DNA of 64,000 bases, taken from the NCBI GenBank assembly GCA_950097015.1, contig CATNEN010000011.1:1178001-1242000 (forward strand). The letters run 5' to 3'. This DNA comes from Macrostomum hystrix (lineage: Eukaryota > Animalia > Platyhelminthes). The notes below the pieces were generated by a model. The model saw nothing but the letters and a program-made list of their open reading frames with translations. It did no database searches and had not been told where the DNA came from. Below are positions 62,155-64,000 of the stretch, in pieces; the first letter of the stretch is position 1; each line of letters begins with the position of its first letter. The position numbers and the translations under genes are program-made.

Positions 62155-63982
62155 TCATAGACTTTTCTTTTTCTGGTGCTTCTTTGGCGACTTGCCTTTC
62201 TTGTCAATCTTTGAGATAGTGATGCTCATGTCTTGAATGTCTTCGTACAAATCCGACATCTTCAAGTTGAGGGTCTGAATCTGCTGCGGCGAGAGGTGCA
62301 TCTCGCGCTTCTTAATCTCCGCCTGCAGGCTCTCGAGCTGGTAAAAAGAAAAAAAAACGCACATAAGCTACTTATGTTTTCACCGAAGTCAGTAGTATGA
62401 AAAATTGCAACTGTTTTCTGACTATATACTCTATTTTCGGCACAAGATTTTAAATCGTACTCTTGGCTTGCGCCGTCACACACGCTGCTTACCTCGGTGG
62501 GGAGATGGATCGGAGAAAGAGCTGGGGATAATCAAAGGGACAAAAATGAGACACAGAAACACAAGGTGAGAATCGCTAATTGGATCTCTAATTGGGCCCT
62601 GGTTGGACACGGGGAACACGCGGAGGAGGCGGGCCGACCTGGAGAATCTGAAATCATACTATAGCCATCTTTTCCGCTTTCATTATCAGTTTCTCATCGG
62701 GCCGTGAGGTGTGACCTAGAAATCTTTATCTACTACTTTGACTATTCACTACCGTGCCTGTTTACTTGTATATATAATTATTTATCAGAATAGTTTTATT
62801 GCGTGCATTAAAATATAGACTTAAAATGTTTCAGAATCTCACATTAAATTATCTCAGAATCTCACTTTCATACTTTAAGAATCTCGCTTTGAATCTCGCA
62901 GAATCTCACGAGAGAATCATTATAGAACATAAAGGTAAAAATAAAAATAATTGCAGGAGGGCTGCGGGCAATGGCACACCATTTGGTGACACTAGACCCC
63001 CAGCTAGCGAGGAGGCAATTCTGCCCATTCCGCTGACTCCGCTTTCTCATCGTCCGGCAGTGTACACTCTCACTGTGCCTTGGAGGTTGGCCCTTAAGGG
63101 CGTAAATTGCACGACAAGCCCCCAAGCCTTCTCTCCGCGGCTGCGCCCCAAATAAATGTGGCGTCGCCGTGGAATCGAACTTAGGGACCTTGGTGCAAGA
63201 TGCAAACGCGTTAACCGCTCTGCCACCGACCCCTATGATAGAACATTAAATCTCATAGAATCTCATCTGAAATCTCATAGAATCTCATCTGAAATCTCAT
63301 AGAATCTCATCTGAAATCTCATAGAATCTCATCTGAAATCTCATAGAACCTCACTTTAAATATCTGAGAATGTCTCGACAAAATCTCATAATCTCACTTT
63401 TATTATCACAAGAATCCCATAATAATCCGAGAATCTCAATATAAAGTTCATAGAATCTCAGAATTTTTCTCTGAGAATCTCAGTTTTATTTTTTAGAATC
63501 TTACTACCAACCATCAAAATCTCACTTTTATTCCATTAGAATCTCTCGACCAATCTCTCAGAATAGCATCGCTATTATTCTCGTAAAATCTATCATGCCT
63601 ATCAATCAAAGCCAATCAAGCAGGCCGCCCACCTGAATCTGAGTGGAGATTCGACGCCGACGTAATTCAGCGATTTCCTCCGGTGTCAGCTGATCAATTG
63701 ACTCCTGCGATGAACGCCAAATTTCTAGCTTTTTTAGCTGCAAAAAAAATTTTTTTATTCGTCAATTTTTTAAACAACTCTTTAATTTGACTAGTTTATT
63801 TGTCCTTTAAAAACGTTCACTCGCCTGATTGTACGGCTCATCATCGTCGTCGTCGAGGTCCTGCCGACCAGCGTCATCAATGTCGTCCCCGATGCAGTCG
63901 ACGGTGATGATAGGATTGGTTGTGCTGACGAAGCCGCAGGGCGCGCCCGATGAGGTGTACTTGCTGCAGCCGGCAGGCGACT
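62155..63982 (-). CDS. 3' exons of an unidentified gene running in from beyond the window: about 63982-63825, 63737-63633, an uncertain short exon near 62637, micro-exon 62521-62493, and 62337-62155
   Basis: Strong polypyrimidine acceptors and in-phase open frames (…DDDDEPYNQ|LKKLEIW…ISTQIQ; …SPIHLPTE|LESLQAEIKKREM…KKKSL*). One link between exons is unresolved. Confidence 0.6.
62940..63233 (-). mobile_element. tRNA-derived SINE family A, full-length copy
   Basis: Head GGGGTCGGTGGCAGAGCGGTTAA...GTTCGATTCC, shared body, T/A-rich tail. Confidence 0.82.
63245..63350. repeat. 22-bp tandem repeat (AATCTCATAGAATCTCATCTGA) within a diffuse AATCTC-rich intron
   Basis: 5 near-identical copies; degenerate copies extend over about 62830-63560. 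Confidence 0.85.
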
Positions 63983-64000
63983 CTAAAAACAGACATTCAA

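Noticed and set aside
63160-63233. tRNA genes at 63160-63233, 16335-16410, 44489-44552 and 61920-61987
   Set aside because: A/B boxes are present but continue into shared SINE bodies, and I could not build a full cloverleaf.

Overview
Eukaryotic (animal) genomic DNA, not prokaryotic. GC-rich coding exons with GT-AG (and apparently GC-AG) introns are separated by AT-rich DNA, and most larger introns hold their own ~16-53 bp minisatellite (most often 21 bp). That architecture and the poly-Gln tracts suggest a Macrostomum-like flatworm, which is an inference and not verified. Genes assembled by hand with phase-consistent splice sites: the 3' part of XRN2 (+), ETHE1 (-), a 661-aa Mx-like dynamin GTPase (+), a 100-aa orphan ORF (+), TMEM79-like (+), mitochondrial CLPP (+), UBXN10-like (+), a ~1020-aa signal-peptide LRR protein with a GPI-like tail (-), and the 3' end of an unidentified gene (-). 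The most unusual locus is a 636-aa, four-exon gene (24721-43039) with a 14.35-kb intron. It encodes two tandem ALKBH3-like domains that both lack the Fe-binding histidines, followed by a half-RING Cys/His motif. Mobile DNA includes a Helitron with a nested hAT MITE, a CMC/EnSpm-like element with TIRs, P-like and RTE-like remnants, several Crypton tyrosine-recombinase relics and two tRNA-derived SINE families. All homology calls come from recalled motifs; no database search was run.
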